The translations under genes and the position numbers were made by a program. This document shows, in pieces, positions 26,138-37,640 of a stretch of DNA of 64,000 nt (positions are counted from its first letter, which is position 1; each line of letters begins with the position of its first letter). The notes under the pieces are model-generated. The model had not been told where the DNA came from and searched no databases. It saw only the letters and a program-made list of their open reading frames with translations. The stretch covers positions 128,092,001 to 128,156,000 of the forward strand of contig NC_091282.1 of assembly GCF_032444005.1 (NCBI RefSeq), given 5' to 3'. Source of the DNA: Ranitomeya imitator (taxonomy: Eukaryota).

Positions 26138-29100
26138 ATGATTTCCAATAGAGGGAAAAAAGAAATCCTGACATCATTTTTTTTTCTTAGCTCTGTCTTC
26201 AGTCTTTTTTTTCCCCTAGACATTAGAGTGCTTCAGGACACAGCTGTGGACATGGATATTCAGGCTTTGTGCTCCTCAATGGATAATCTCGTTGTAAATG
26301 TACAAAAGATTCAAGATACTATTGATCAGAAATCGATGCTAGAACCAAGAATTCCGATTCCTGATTTGTTTTTTGGTGACAGAACTAAGTTCCTGAGCTT
26401 CAGAAATAATTGTAAGCTATTTTTGGCCTTGAAACCTCATTCTTCTGGTAATCCTATTCAACAGGTTTTGATTATTATTTCTTTTTTGCGCGGCGACCCA
26501 CAGGACTGGGCGTTTTCTCTTGCGCCAGGAGACCCTGCATTGAGTAATGTTGATGCATTTTTCCAGGCGCTGGGATTGCTTTACGATGAGCCTAATTCAG
26601 TGGATCAAGCTGAGAAAAATCTGCTGGCTTTATGCCAGGGTCAGGATGATGTAGAACTATATTGTCAGAAATTTAGAAAATGGTCAGTACTCACTCTGTG
26701 GAATGAATCTGCACTAGCGGCTTTGTTCAGAAAGGGTCTCTCTGAAGCTCTTAAGGATGTAATGGTGGGATTTCCTATGCCTGCTGGTTTGAATGAGTCT
26801 ATGTCCTTGGCCATTCAGATCGGTCGTCGCTTGCGCGAGCGTAAATCTGTGCACCATCTGGCGGTATTGTCTGAGAGTAAGCCTGAGCCTATGCAGTGCA
26901 ACAGGACTATGACTAAAGTAGAACGGCACGAACACAGACGTCTGAACAGACTGTGTTTCTATTGTGGTGATTCTACTCATGCTATTTCTAATTGTCCTAA
27001 ACGCACTAGGCGGTTCGATAGCTCTGCCGTTATTGGTACTGTACAGTCCAAATTCCTTTTGTCCATTACCTTAATGTGCTCTTTGTCATCATATTCTGTC
27101 ATGGCGTTTGTGGATTCAGGCGCTGCCCTGAATCTGATGGATTTGGATTATGCTAAACGTTGTGGATTTTTCTTGGAGCCTTTGCGGTGTCCTATTCCGT
27201 TGAGAGGAATTGATGCTACACCTCTGGCCAAGAATAAGCCTCAGTACTGGGCCCAGCTGACCATGTGCATGGCTCCTGCACATCAGGAAGTTATTCGCTT
27301 TTTGGTACTGCATAATTTGCATGATGTGGTCGTGTTGGGGTTGCCATGGCTACAAACCCATAATCCAGTATTGGATTGGAACTCTATGTCGGTAACCAGC
27401 TGGGGTTGTCAGGGAGTACATGGTGATGTTCCATTTTTGTCTATTTCGTCATCCATTCCTTCTGACATCCCAGAGTTCTTGTCGGACTTTCAGGATGTAT
27501 TTGAAGAGTCCAAGTCTGATGCCCTTCCTCCGCATAGGAATTGTGATTGTGCTATCGATTTGATTCCTGGTAGTAAATTCCCTAAGGGTCGTTTATTTAA
27601 TTTGTCCGTACCTGAACACACCGCTATGCGCAGTTATGTGAAGGAGTCCCTGGAGAAGGGACATATTCGCCCATCGTCGTCACCATTGGGAGCAGGGTTC
27701 TTTTTTGTAGCCAAGAAGGATGGTTCGCTAAGACCGTGTATTGATTACCGCCTTCTTAATAAGATCACTGTTAAGTTTCAGTATCCCTTGCCATTGATTT
27801 CTGACTTGTTTGCTCGGATTAAGGGGGCTAGTTGGTTTACTAAGATTGATCTTCGTGGTGCGTATAATCTGGTGAGAATCAGGCAGGGAGATGAATGGAA
27901 AACGGTATTTAATACGCCCGAGGGTCATTTTGAGTATCTGGTGATGCCGTTCGGACTTGCCAATGCTCCATCTGTTTTTCAGTCTTTTATGCATGACATT
28001 TTTCGTGAGTATCTGGATAAATTCTTGATTGTTTACTTGGATGACATTTTGATCTTCTCAGATGATTGGGAGTCTCATGTAAAGCAAGTCAGAATGGTTT
28101 TCCAGGTACTGCGTGCTAATTCCTTGTTTGTGAAGGGATCAAAGTGTCTCTTCGGTGTGCAGAAAGTTTCATTTTTGGGGTTCATCTTTTCCCCTTCTAC
28201 TATCGAGATGGATCCGGTTAAGGTTCAGGCCATCCAGGATTGGACTCAGCCGACATCTCTAAAAAGTTTGCAGAAATTCCTGGGCTTTGCTAATTTTTAT
28301 CGTCGCTTCATCTGTAATTTTTCTAGCATTGCCAGACCATTGACCGATTTGACCAAGAAGGGTGCTGATTTGGTTAATTGGTCTTCTGCTGCCGTGGAAG
28401 CTTTTCAGGAGTTGAAGCGTCGTTTTTGCTGTGCCCCTGTGTTGTGTCAACCTGATGTTTCTCTTCCGTTCCAGGTCGAGGTTGATGCTTCTGAGATTGG
28501 TGCAGGGGCGGTTTTGTCACAGAGAGGTTCTGGTTGCTCAGTGTTGAAACCATGTGCTTTCTTTTCCAGGAAATTTTCTGCTGCTGAGCGTAATTATGAT
28601 GTGGGCAACCGAGAGTTGCTGGCCATGAAGTGGGCATTCGAGGAGTGGCGTCATTGGCTTGAGGGTGCTAAGCATCGCGTGGTGGTTTTGACTGATCATA
28701 AGAACCTTACTTATCTTGAGTCTGCCAAGCGCTTGAATCCTAGACAGGCCCGTTGGTCGTTATTTTTTGCTCGTTTTGATTTTGTGATTTCATACCTTCC
28801 GGGCTCTAAAAATGTGAAGGCGGATGCTCTGTCTAGGAGTTTTGTGCCCGACTCTCCGGGGTTATCTGAGCCGGCGAGTATCCTCAAGGAAGGAGTCATT
28901 GTGTCTGCCATCTCCCCTGATTTGCGGAGAGTGTTGCAGAAATTTCAGGCTAATAAACCTGATCGTTGTCCGGCCGAGAAACTGTTCGTCCCTGATAGGT
29001 GGACTAGTAAAGTTATCTCTGAACTTCATTGTTCGGTGCTGGCCGGTCATCCAGGAATCTTTGGTACCAGGGAGTTGGTTGCTAGATCCTTTTGGTGGCC

Positions 29101-30415
29101 GTCTCTGTCGCGGGATGTGCGTGCTTTTGTGCAGTCCTGTGGAATTTGTGCTAGGGCTAAGCCCTGCTGTTCACGTGCCAGTGGGTTGCTTTTGCCCTTG
29201 CCGGTCCCGAAGAGGCCTTGGACACATATTTCGATGGATTTCATTTCTGACCTTCCCGTTTCTCAAAAGATGTCTGTCATTTGGGTGGTCTGTGATCGCT
29301 TTTCTAAAATGGTCCATCTGGTGCCCTTGGTTAAATTGCCTTCCTCCTCTGATTTGGTGCCTTTGTTCTTCCAGCATGTGGTTCGTTTACATGGCATTCC
29401 TGAGAATATTGTTTCTGACAGAGGTTCCCAGTTTGTCTCAAGGTTCTGGCGAGCCTTTTGTGGTAGGATGGGCATTGACCTATCTTTTTCCTCGGCCTTC
29501 CATCCTCAGACTAATGGCCAGACCGAACGAACCAATCAGACCTTGGAAACATATCTAAGATGTTTTGTTTCCGCTGACCAGGATGATTGGGTGTCATTTT
29601 TGCCGTTGGCTGAGTTCGCCCTTAATAATCGGGCCAGCTCGGCTACCTTGGTCTCTCCATTTTTCTGCAATTCTGGGTTCCATCCTCGTTTCTCTTCAGG
29701 ACAGGTTGAGTCTTCGGACTGTCCTGGTGTGGATTATGTGGTGGACAGGTTGCAGCAGATCTGGACTCAGGTAGTGGACAATTTGACCTTGTCCCAGGAG
29801 AAGGCTCAGCTTTTCGCTAATCGCAGACGCCGTGTGGGACCCCGACTTCGTGTTGGGGATCTGGTTTGGTTATCTTCTCGTCATATACCTATGAAGGTTT
29901 CCTCTCCTAAATTTAAACCTCATTTTATTGGTCCGTATAGGATTTCTGAGATTCTCAATCCGGTGTCTTTTCGTCTGACCCTCCCAGACTCCTTTTCCAT
30001 ACATAATGTATTCCATAGGTCGTTGTTGAGGAGATACGTGGCACCTATGGTTCCATCTGTGGAGCCTCCTGCCCCTGTTTTGGTGGAGGGGGAATTGGAG
30101 TATATTGTGGAGAAGATTTTGGATTCTCGTGTCTCTAGACGGAAACTCCAGTATCTGGTCAAATGGAAGGGTTATGCTCAGGAAGATAATTCCTGGGTTT
30201 TTGCCTCTGATGTCCATGCCCCAGATCTTGTTCGTGCCTTTCATGTGGCTCATCCTGGTCGGCCTGGGGGTTCTGGTAAGGGTTCGGTGACCCCTCCTCA
30301 AGGGGGGGGTACTGTTGTGAATTCTGTGGTCACAAGTGGTATTGCAGTCTCTGGGCGTCCTCACTCAGGTGTTTTGGTGAGCTCGTTGGCTGCCTTGCTA
30401 TTTAGCTCCACCTGA
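26138..30415 (+). CDS. single-ORF Gag-Pol polyprotein, 1425 aa from first ATG (alternative ATG 26252): gag, CCHC, protease, RT, RNase H, integrase, chromodomain
   Basis: CFYCGDSTHAISNC; FVDSGA; YLDD; EVDAS; HHCC; SMDF/SDRG/ERTN; C-terminal YIVEKILDSRVSRRKLQYLVKWKGY..DNSW chromodomain. Confidence 0.96.
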   Translation: MISNRGKKEILTSFFFLSSVFSLFFPLDIRVLQDTAVDMDIQALCSSMDNLVVNVQKIQDTIDQKSMLEPRIPIPDLFFGDRTKFLSFRNNCKLFLALKPHSSGNPIQQVLIIISFLRGDPQDWAFSLAPGDPALSNVDAFFQALGLLYDEPNSVDQAEKNLLALCQGQDDVELYCQKFRKWSVLTLWNESALAALFRKGLSEALKDVMVGFPMPAGLNESMSLAIQIGRRLRERKSVHHLAVLSESKPEPMQCNRTMTKVERHEHRRLNRLCFYCGDSTHAISNCPKRTRRFDSSAVIGTVQSKFLLSITLMCSLSSYSVMAFVDSGAALNLMDLDYAKRCGFFLEPLRCPIPLRGIDATPLAKNKPQYWAQLTMCMAPAHQEVIRFLVLHNLHDVVVLGLPWLQTHNPVLDWNSMSVTSWGCQGVHGDVPFLSISSSIPSDIPEFLSDFQDVFEESKSDALPPHRNCDCAIDLIPGSKFPKGRLFNLSVPEHTAMRSYVKESLEKGHIRPSSSPLGAGFFFVAKKDGSLRPCIDYRLLNKITVKFQYPLPLISDLFARIKGASWFTKIDLRGAYNLVRIRQGDEWKTVFNTPEGHFEYLVMPFGLANAPSVFQSFMHDIFREYLDKFLIVYLDDILIFSDDWESHVKQVRMVFQVLRANSLFVKGSKCLFGVQKVSFLGFIFSPSTIEMDPVKVQAIQDWTQPTSLKSLQKFLGFANFYRRFICNFSSIARPLTDLTKKGADLVNWSSAAVEAFQELKRRFCCAPVLCQPDVSLPFQVEVDASEIGAGAVLSQRGSGCSVLKPCAFFSRKFSAAERNYDVGNRELLAMKWAFEEWRHWLEGAKHRVVVLTDHKNLTYLESAKRLNPRQARWSLFFARFDFVISYLPGSKNVKADALSRSFVPDSPGLSEPASILKEGVIVSAISPDLRRVLQKFQANKPDRCPAEKLFVPDRWTSKVISELHCSVLAGHPGIFGTRELVARSFWWPSLSRDVRAFVQSCGICARAKPCCSRASGLLLPLPVPKRPWTHISMDFISDLPVSQKMSVIWVVCDRFSKMVHLVPLVKLPSSSDLVPLFFQHVVRLHGIPENIVSDRGSQFVSRFWRAFCGRMGIDLSFSSAFHPQTNGQTERTNQTLETYLRCFVSADQDDWVSFLPLAEFALNNRASSATLVSPFFCNSGFHPRFSSGQVESSDCPGVDYVVDRLQQIWTQVVDNLTLSQEKAQLFANRRRRVGPRLRVGDLVWLSSRHIPMKVSSPKFKPHFIGPYRISEILNPVSFRLTLPDSFSIHNVFHRSLLRRYVAPMVPSVEPPAPVLVEGELEYIVEKILDSRVSRRKLQYLVKWKGYAQEDNSWVFASDVHAPDLVRAFHVAHPGRPGGSGKGSVTPPQGGGTVVNSVVTSGIAVSGRPHSGVLVSSLAALLFSST

Positions 30416-33400
30416 GTCTGTCTTCCTTGCTCCTTGTCAATGTTCCAGTGTTGGATCTGAGCTACTGCATCTTTCCTTGGGCCTGCTGCTCTGCTAGATA
30501 AGTGCTTCTAGTTTGTTTTCTGTTTTTTCTGTCCAGCTTGTTATTATCTTTTGCTGGAAGCTCTGAGAAGCAAAGGGGTGCACCGCCGTGCTGTTAGTTC
30601 GGCACGGTGGGTCTTTTTTGCCCCTTTGCGTGGTTTTCGTTTTAGGGTTTTTTGTAGACTGCATAGTTCTCTTTGCTATCCTCGCTCTGTCTAGAATATC
30701 GGGCCTCACTTTGCTGAATCTATTTCATTCCTACGTTTGTCTTTTCATCTTGCTAACAGTCATTATATGTGGGGGCTGCCTATTCCTTTGGGGTATTTCT
30801 CTGAGGTAAGTCAGGCTTGTATTTCTATCTTCAGGCTAGTCAGCTCCTCAGGCAGTGCCGAGTTGCATAGGTAGTGATAGGCGCAATCCACTGCTGCTTC
30901 CAGTTGTGTGAGGACAGTTCAGGTACTGCAGTCTACAGAGATTCCACGTCTCAGAGCTCGTCCTATTGTTTTGGGTTTTTGCCAGATCTCTGTATGTGCG
31001 CTGATTACTGCACGCTGTGTTGCCTGATTGCCAGCCATAACAGGCCACTCCTCACACTTGGGTAAAACTGGGGGTTGGTTAGGAAGTGAGGCAGAGAGAG
31101 AGAGTTGGAGGGAGAAGAGAGAGTTGGAGCCAGGAGGAGAGGAGAGGAGCAGACTGGGCTCGGCCCAGGAAAGGTAAAGAAGGACACGGAGCTGCGCCTG
31201 CAACCCATGCGGCAGCCTCCTAAGAAAGGACATTAAAGGAAGTGTGCCATAGTGAGTGAGCACAGAAGTCATAGCAACAGGAGTGAAACAACAGTGGGAG
31301 ACTAGCTAGAAGCAGGCTGCCTCCCACTGAGCGCAGATCCGGTGGCCGGAACACCGAGGGAGTAATAGACTCTACGCTTTACTTCAGAGACCGGCAGGGC
31401 AGATGATTCCAAGTTGGCTGTCCGACCTAAACACCTAAGCAGACAAGTGGCAATGTGGAGGAGGGGCGATGCTAGGGTCCCTATAAAATAGCCTCAGGCC
31501 ACCACTATCATACGGGTTGGTCCTATCCATCTAGGGGACAAAGAGAGAGAAGTAACAAGAGTGAGGACCTTATGGTAGCTAATGCAAGTAGGGACCTACT
31601 ACGTTACTGTGCGCAAGAGGAAGGCTACTGATTTCCACCTGGATAAGGGGACTCTGGAATTGCCATCAGACTGGCCGGACTCTGCCTACCCTGTCATCCG
31701 GCACTCTGGACTGTGGATGCTGAAGCCTTCAGTAAAGGTAAAGAGACTGCACCCATTGTGTCCTCGTTATTCACCGCGCCTTGCACCATCCATCATCACC
31801 ATCTACACTTCTGGGAAGCCCTGGGGATATACTTCACCTGTGGGAAGGTATACCATCTAGCTGCCATTCCATCACCCCAGCGGACCCCTAAGCAGCGTCG
31901 GTCACCCTGACCGAATACCACAGGTGACGTCACGAACACTACAGACTTCTACAAACTCTACACTTTTATTGGGCACCCCTCATAGGGCCACGGTCCGGGT
32001 CGGGCCACCGTGACATCCCCGCTGAGGGAACTGAAGGACCCGGTACCAAGTACCCCATTGCCCTTATGTGGGGGCGATCCAGATTCATTCTGTTTAATCC
32101 AAAAATCTTAATATTATTGAATGTGCAAATATTTTTAACACATTAATAAAATATTTATAACACGTTAGTAAATATTTATGACACACTAATACAACTGTAA
32201 ACCTTATTATGAATGTCAACAAGGCCCTCCCTCTTAGTGTAATTGTGAATTAGAGTTATGCTATATGCTTCTCTTTGTTACTTGCAAATGCATAACTCTC
32301 ATCCCAAGTTTATGAAAATTATTTTTATTTTTTATTTTATTCTTTTCTCAAACCCGTATAGCATTTCAATGCCTTCTCATTTAACTGAGGAAATTATAAC
32401 TTTTTGTCCCAGAAGACCAAACTCATTGTAAATACAAATCTGTGTAATTTGCAATGCATTTCATTTGCATAACTAATGCACTTTATTTAACAACATTGCA
32501 GTCATGTTTAATATGGAATCGTACATTGACATGATTACCATATGTTAAAACAGAAGTGTTATGAACAGAAACTGCATAACCTTGACATTTGTAGGTCGCT
32601 CATATCCTTGATTTATATACTTATATACCAGAGCTATTCTAAAATGTGATTGATTATTTCTGGATAGTGTTCACCAACATTTATTTGAAGAGAATACCAT
32701 TTTATTTTATTTAAATACGCTAAAAACTTTTTTGCAATTATCTTTATAGCGGTTGAAGCTTTGTTTAGTTAATTCAGGGCTCCAAATCCACTGCTTAAAC
32801 ATAAATTAAAAAGTAACATGCCTGCCGTTTACAGCTGCCACAGTGATGAACGAAGGAGCAGGGCTGGGACGAGGTATAGGCAGGGTGGGAAGAATTGACA
32901 TTTCTGTACTCAGCTTGGTTCTTGTATTAAAGTACTTATGGTGTTCTGGTAATGTATTCCTGTACTGGTGATGTTTCTGCTGAAATGGTCCCTTTTTCCC
33001 AAAAAAAATATACAGAAATTAAAAATAGTAAAATCATATGATATCTTCACGTCCAAAATAATACGATCTATTAATTTGCAACATTATTTTACCAGTAGGT
33101 TAAGCATTGCCTCACATACCGTATATGCAATAAAAAGGGATCAAAATTTTTTTGTACCCTAAAATAGAGCCAATAAAAACTACAATTTGCCATGCAAGAA
33201 ACAAGCCCTCATACAGCTCCATCACTGAAAAGGAAAAAGTTACAGGTCTCAAAAAATGTTTGACAGAAGTCAATTTCTTTTTTACAAAGTTTTGAATTTT
33301 TTTTCACCATTGAAAAAAAATAAAAGTTTGTTGTCGCCATAATTCCATTCACCTGGAGAATCCTCTTACCAGGTCATTTTTTCCCACATAATGAATGCCA

Positions 33401-33857
33401 TAAAAACAAATTTCAAAAAACACAATTTCACCTATTTTAGATTTTTTTCCTGTTTTCCAGTGGATTATTTGATGAAATTACAAAACTGCAACATAATATC
33501 ATTATATATAAATTGAGGGGGCACCACGGATTCCTTGTGGGATACACAATTCTGTTTTCTTTTGTTTCCAAAACTGCAACATAACCTGCAAATCACAAGC
33601 CCTTGTACAGCTATGTCATGTAGACAGAAAGATAAAAAAATGCTATGACTCTTGGAAGAAGGGGAATTAAAAAACAAGGGGGCAAAAACAAACATTCTAC
33701 AACTGTAGAAAAAAACACATGGAGCACACATCCAAAATTTATACAATGATCTTTTGAGACTATGCAAAAATTGACAAAACTTAAAGCTAACCTGTCATAT
33801 CCCCAAATGCAATTAATCTACAGATACAAGGCAGTCTGCAGGTTAATAGCATCCTTA

Positions 33858-34190
33858 GGCCGGTTTCACACGTCAGTGGCTCCGGTACTTGAAGTGACAG
33901 TTTCCTCACGTACCGGAGACACTGACTCACGTAGACACATTGAAATCAATGTGTCTCTGCACATGTCAGCGTGTTTTCACGGACCGTGTGTCCGTGTGCA
34001 AAACACGGAGATATGTCAGTGTTCGTGGGAGCGCACGGATTACACGGACCCATTAAAGTCAATGGGTCCATGTAAAACACGTACCGCACACGGACGCTGT
34101 CTGTGTCCAGTCCGTGTGCCGTGCAGGAGACAGCGCTACAGTAAGCGCTGTCCCCCCCATGTGGTGCTGAAGCCGCCATTCATATCTTCT
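33858..34190. mobile_element. Harbinger-like MITE, left part
   Basis: TTA|GGCCGGTTTCACACG terminus resembling the ends at 46421 and 47224; palindromic interior; no right end. Confidence 0.5.
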
Positions 34191-34492
34191 AAGCCAGAAA
34201 GCTATGTATTCATCCTTTGGACTGCACCCTTGGGTGGAGATATGCTGAACAACCTCCCACTTAGCAACAGCTATTCAATCAACCTAGGCCAAAACATGGC
34301 CGATTAACCCCTCTCAGCACTTAGTGTGCAGGAGCATTTTTCTAAGTACACATCACTGAACCTAACAACCTCAGTGATACATTTCTCCCATCCAGTACTT
34401 TGCCAGTGACTTTGTCACACTGTATATATGGTATGTGTATAAATAGTATATGTGTGTTTGTGCTTGTGCCTAGACATGTGTGTATGTGCTTG

Positions 34493-34496
<4 letters not shown>

Positions 34497-34531
<35 letters not shown>

Positions 34532-34554
34532 GTATATATATATATATATACATA
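34497..34554. repeat. (TA)n microsatellite
   Basis: Directly visible. Confidence 0.97.
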
Positions 34555-35887
34555 CTAGCTATTGAACCCGTTCTACGCCCGGGTGGCGAGCATTTATATT
34601 GGTATATGGTCTCCATCCTGGTATGTGCTGCTCCATCCTGCGTCCCCATCCTGTCATGTGCTGCTCCATCCTGCATCCCCATCCTGTCATGAGCTGCTCC
34701 ATCCTGCGCCCCCATCCTGTCATGTGCTGCTCCATCCTGCGTCCCCATCCTGTCATGTGCTGCACCCATCCTGCACCCCCATTCTGTCATGTGCTGCTCC
34801 CATCCTGCGCCCCCATTCTGACATGTGCTGCTCCCATCCTGCGCCCCCATTCTGACATGTGCTGCACCCATCCTGCGCCTCCATTCTGACATGTGCTGCA
34901 CCCATCCTGCGCCTCCATTCTGACATGTGCTGCACCCATCCTGCACCCCCATTCTGTCACTGGCTGCTCCCATCCTGCGTCCCCATCCTGTCATGTGCTG
35001 CTCCCATCCTGCGCCCCCGTTCTGTCATGTGCTGCTTCCATCCTGCACCCCCATTCTATCATGTGCTGCTTCCATCCTGCACCCCCGTTCTGTCATGTGC
35101 TACTGCCATTCTGCGCCCCCATTCTGTCATGTGCTGCTGCCATCCTGTGCCCCCGTTCTGTCATGTGCTGCTCCCATCCTGCGCCCCCGTTTTGTCATGT
35201 GCTGCTTCCATCCCGCAGCCCCGTTCTGTCATGTGCTGCTGCCATCCTGCACCCCCGTTGTCATGTGCTGCTCCCATCCTGCGCCCCCGTTGTCATGTGC
35301 TGCTGCCATCCTGCGCCCCCGTTCTATCATGTGCTGCTTCCATCCTGCACCCCCGTTCTGTCATGTGCTGCTGCCATCCTGCACCGCCGTTCTGTCATGT
35401 GCTGCTGCTATCCTGCGCCCCTGTTCTGTCATGTGCTGCTCCCATCCTGCACCCCCGTTCTGTCATGTGCTGCTTCCATCCTGCACCCCCATTCTGTCAT
35501 GTGCTGCTGCCATCCTGCACCCCCGTTCTGTCATGTGCTGCCCTATTCTGTCATGTGCTGCTGCCATCCTGCACCCCCCTTCTGTCATGTGCTGCCCTAT
35601 TCTGTCATGTCCTGCTCCCATCCTGCGCCCCCGTTCTGTCATGTGCTGGTCCCATCCATATGCCCCATACGCTGCTCCATAAAGGTTTATGACCCCCATC
35701 AGGTGGCGTAAGTAACAAATAGCTGTGGCATGAAGTGCCACAGCCTCATGGCACAGCAATTTTTTACTAACACTACCTGATTCTTTTCCGGCGCCATTGT
35801 CTTGCTCCTCCTGGTGCCGGAATCGGCGCCTGCGCAGTCCGCGCTTTCCGGCGCCATTTTCTTGAAGACACACTGCTGTGTGTTAGA
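34555..35887 (-). mobile_element. non-autonomous Helitron-like element carrying a 33-34-bp minisatellite (~34610-35660)
   Basis: Minus strand reads A|TC...ACCCG-GGCGTAGAA-CGGGT hairpin-TCAATAG-CTAG|T; no TSD or TIR; 5' end placement is inferred. Confidence 0.6.
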
Positions 35888-36224
35888 TTAATCCATCATA
35901 TATGGCTTTTTTTGGGAGTAATATATTTATGCTATATATTTACTAATGGTTTGCTAACCATGATAATTTAAACTTTGATTCCTTGATAATTATGTCAGTG
36001 TACCCACTCCCACGTTTGTAAATTGTACATATGCACTGTGGTTTTATCCACCGTTCTATCCTGCTCTGTGTATTGATTTTCAATAAAGTTTTTGTATAGT
36101 TTCATATAATTTTGGGCTCTATGATCGTTTTTTCCTCGTTTTACTACTCAGATTTATCGAGCAGAGGACACCGCTGGACCTCGGCCAGGTAAGGAGAATT
36201 TTTTTGTAAAGCTGCACTAAAGGG

Positions 36225-37640
36225 GTGAATTATACTACTATAGGGGTGCGCTATACTAATGTGGGGATGCATTATACTACTATGGGGTTCATTATACTGC
36301 TATGGGGGTGCATTACTCTGCTATGGGGGGTGCATTATACTGTTATGGGGGTGCAGATTACTGCTATGGGCGTGCATTATTCTGCTATGGGGAGTGCATT
36401 ATACTGCTATGGGGTGAATTATACTACTATGAGGGTGCATTATACTGCTATGGGGTGCATTATACTGCTATAGGGGTGCATTATACTTCTATGGTTGCAT
36501 TATACTGCTATGGATGTGCATTATACTTCTATGGGTGCATTATACTGCTATGGGGGTTTATGACACTACTATGGGAGTGTGATATACTGCTATGGGGGTA
36601 TGTTATATTACTATAGGGGCGCATTATACTGCTATAGGGGTGTATTATACTACTATGGAGGTGTGTTATACTGCTATGGAGTACATTATACTGCTATGGG
36701 GGTGCATTATACTATTACTATTATATATGACAATGGGGGTGTATTAAACTAGTATATATAACTATGGGGGTGCATTATATTTTATGTATGACTATGGGGG
36801 TGCATTATACTACTATGGATGACTATCGGGTGCATTATACTATTAACCCTGCTGTGGAACCATGAAAAAATCACTGCTTTGGTACCATGGGGTCTATATG
36901 ACCCAATGCTCAAAATCGTCATATTTCATTAAAATTAACATGCTGGCTGCTTAGAATAATTACTTTTATTCTGTCACCATTTCAGAATACAGTTATGAAA
37001 TCAGATGTAACTTTGAAGTGATTTATTTGTCATCATCAAACACAAGCTGAAATAAATTTAGCCCTTGCATACACTGCACGTCATAGTGCCATGTTCTTCA
37101 CAAACGAACTTCTTGCAGTCATTGCAAACAAATCTCGTCTTTTTGTCCTTCGATCGAGGACAAATATAGCACCGATTGCGCTGTTGTAACACTGCTGGTG
37201 TCACTTGGAACTAGCCATTGTTTATTTACAATTATATTACAAAACCTGTGAATAAACAGAAAATATTAAAAAAAAATGTCAGACAATAAAGGAACTATGG
37301 GGTTTGGAGTCCCAAACACAAAAAATTGAAAATAACTTTGAAACAAAATTGAAAAAGAAATTCAAAATATCATCAACATAAGCAGAAATATGGAAATATG
37401 TTACTTGAAAATACATAGAAGATCAATGTCTGAGATTGACCAATTTTAGAAATATTTCAATTTATTCAGCGCTGGGGTTTATATAACCCCACGGTTCCAC
37501 AGCAGGGTTAAGGATGACCGTAGTGCTTTATACTACTATATATGACTATGGGATGCATTATACTATTATGGATGACTATGGGGTGGATTATATTACTATG
37601 TATGACTATGGGGTGCATTATACTATTTATGACTATAGAG
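36225..37640. repeat. 20-22-bp minisatellite (GGGGTGCATTATACTGCTAT), interrupted at 36847-37507
   Basis: Directly visible tandem units on both sides of the insertion. Confidence 0.9.
36847..37507. mobile_element. piggyBac-like non-autonomous element (661 bp)
   Basis: TTAA|CCCTGCTGTGGAACC ... GGTTCCACAGCAGGG|TTAA. Confidence 0.9.

Larger units (their letters stand above)
25389..31042 (+). mobile_element. full-length, apparently intact family B chromodomain Ty3/Gypsy (Tf1/sushi-like) element
   Basis: LTRs 25389-26119 and 30313-31042 with about six differences by eye; PPT 30301-30309; 6-bp TSD GGCCAC; one uninterrupted ORF. Confidence 0.98.
25220..32081 (+). mobile_element. solo LTR, family A, split by a full-length family B element
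   Basis: TGCAGCGCTCC...GGGGGCGATCCA; 4-bp TSD GATT; halves 25220-25388 and 31049-32081. Confidence 0.92.

Noticed and set aside
34470-35873. Keratin-associated/metallothionein-like Cys-Pro ORFs
   Set aside because: Arise from the 33-34-bp minisatellite in all frames
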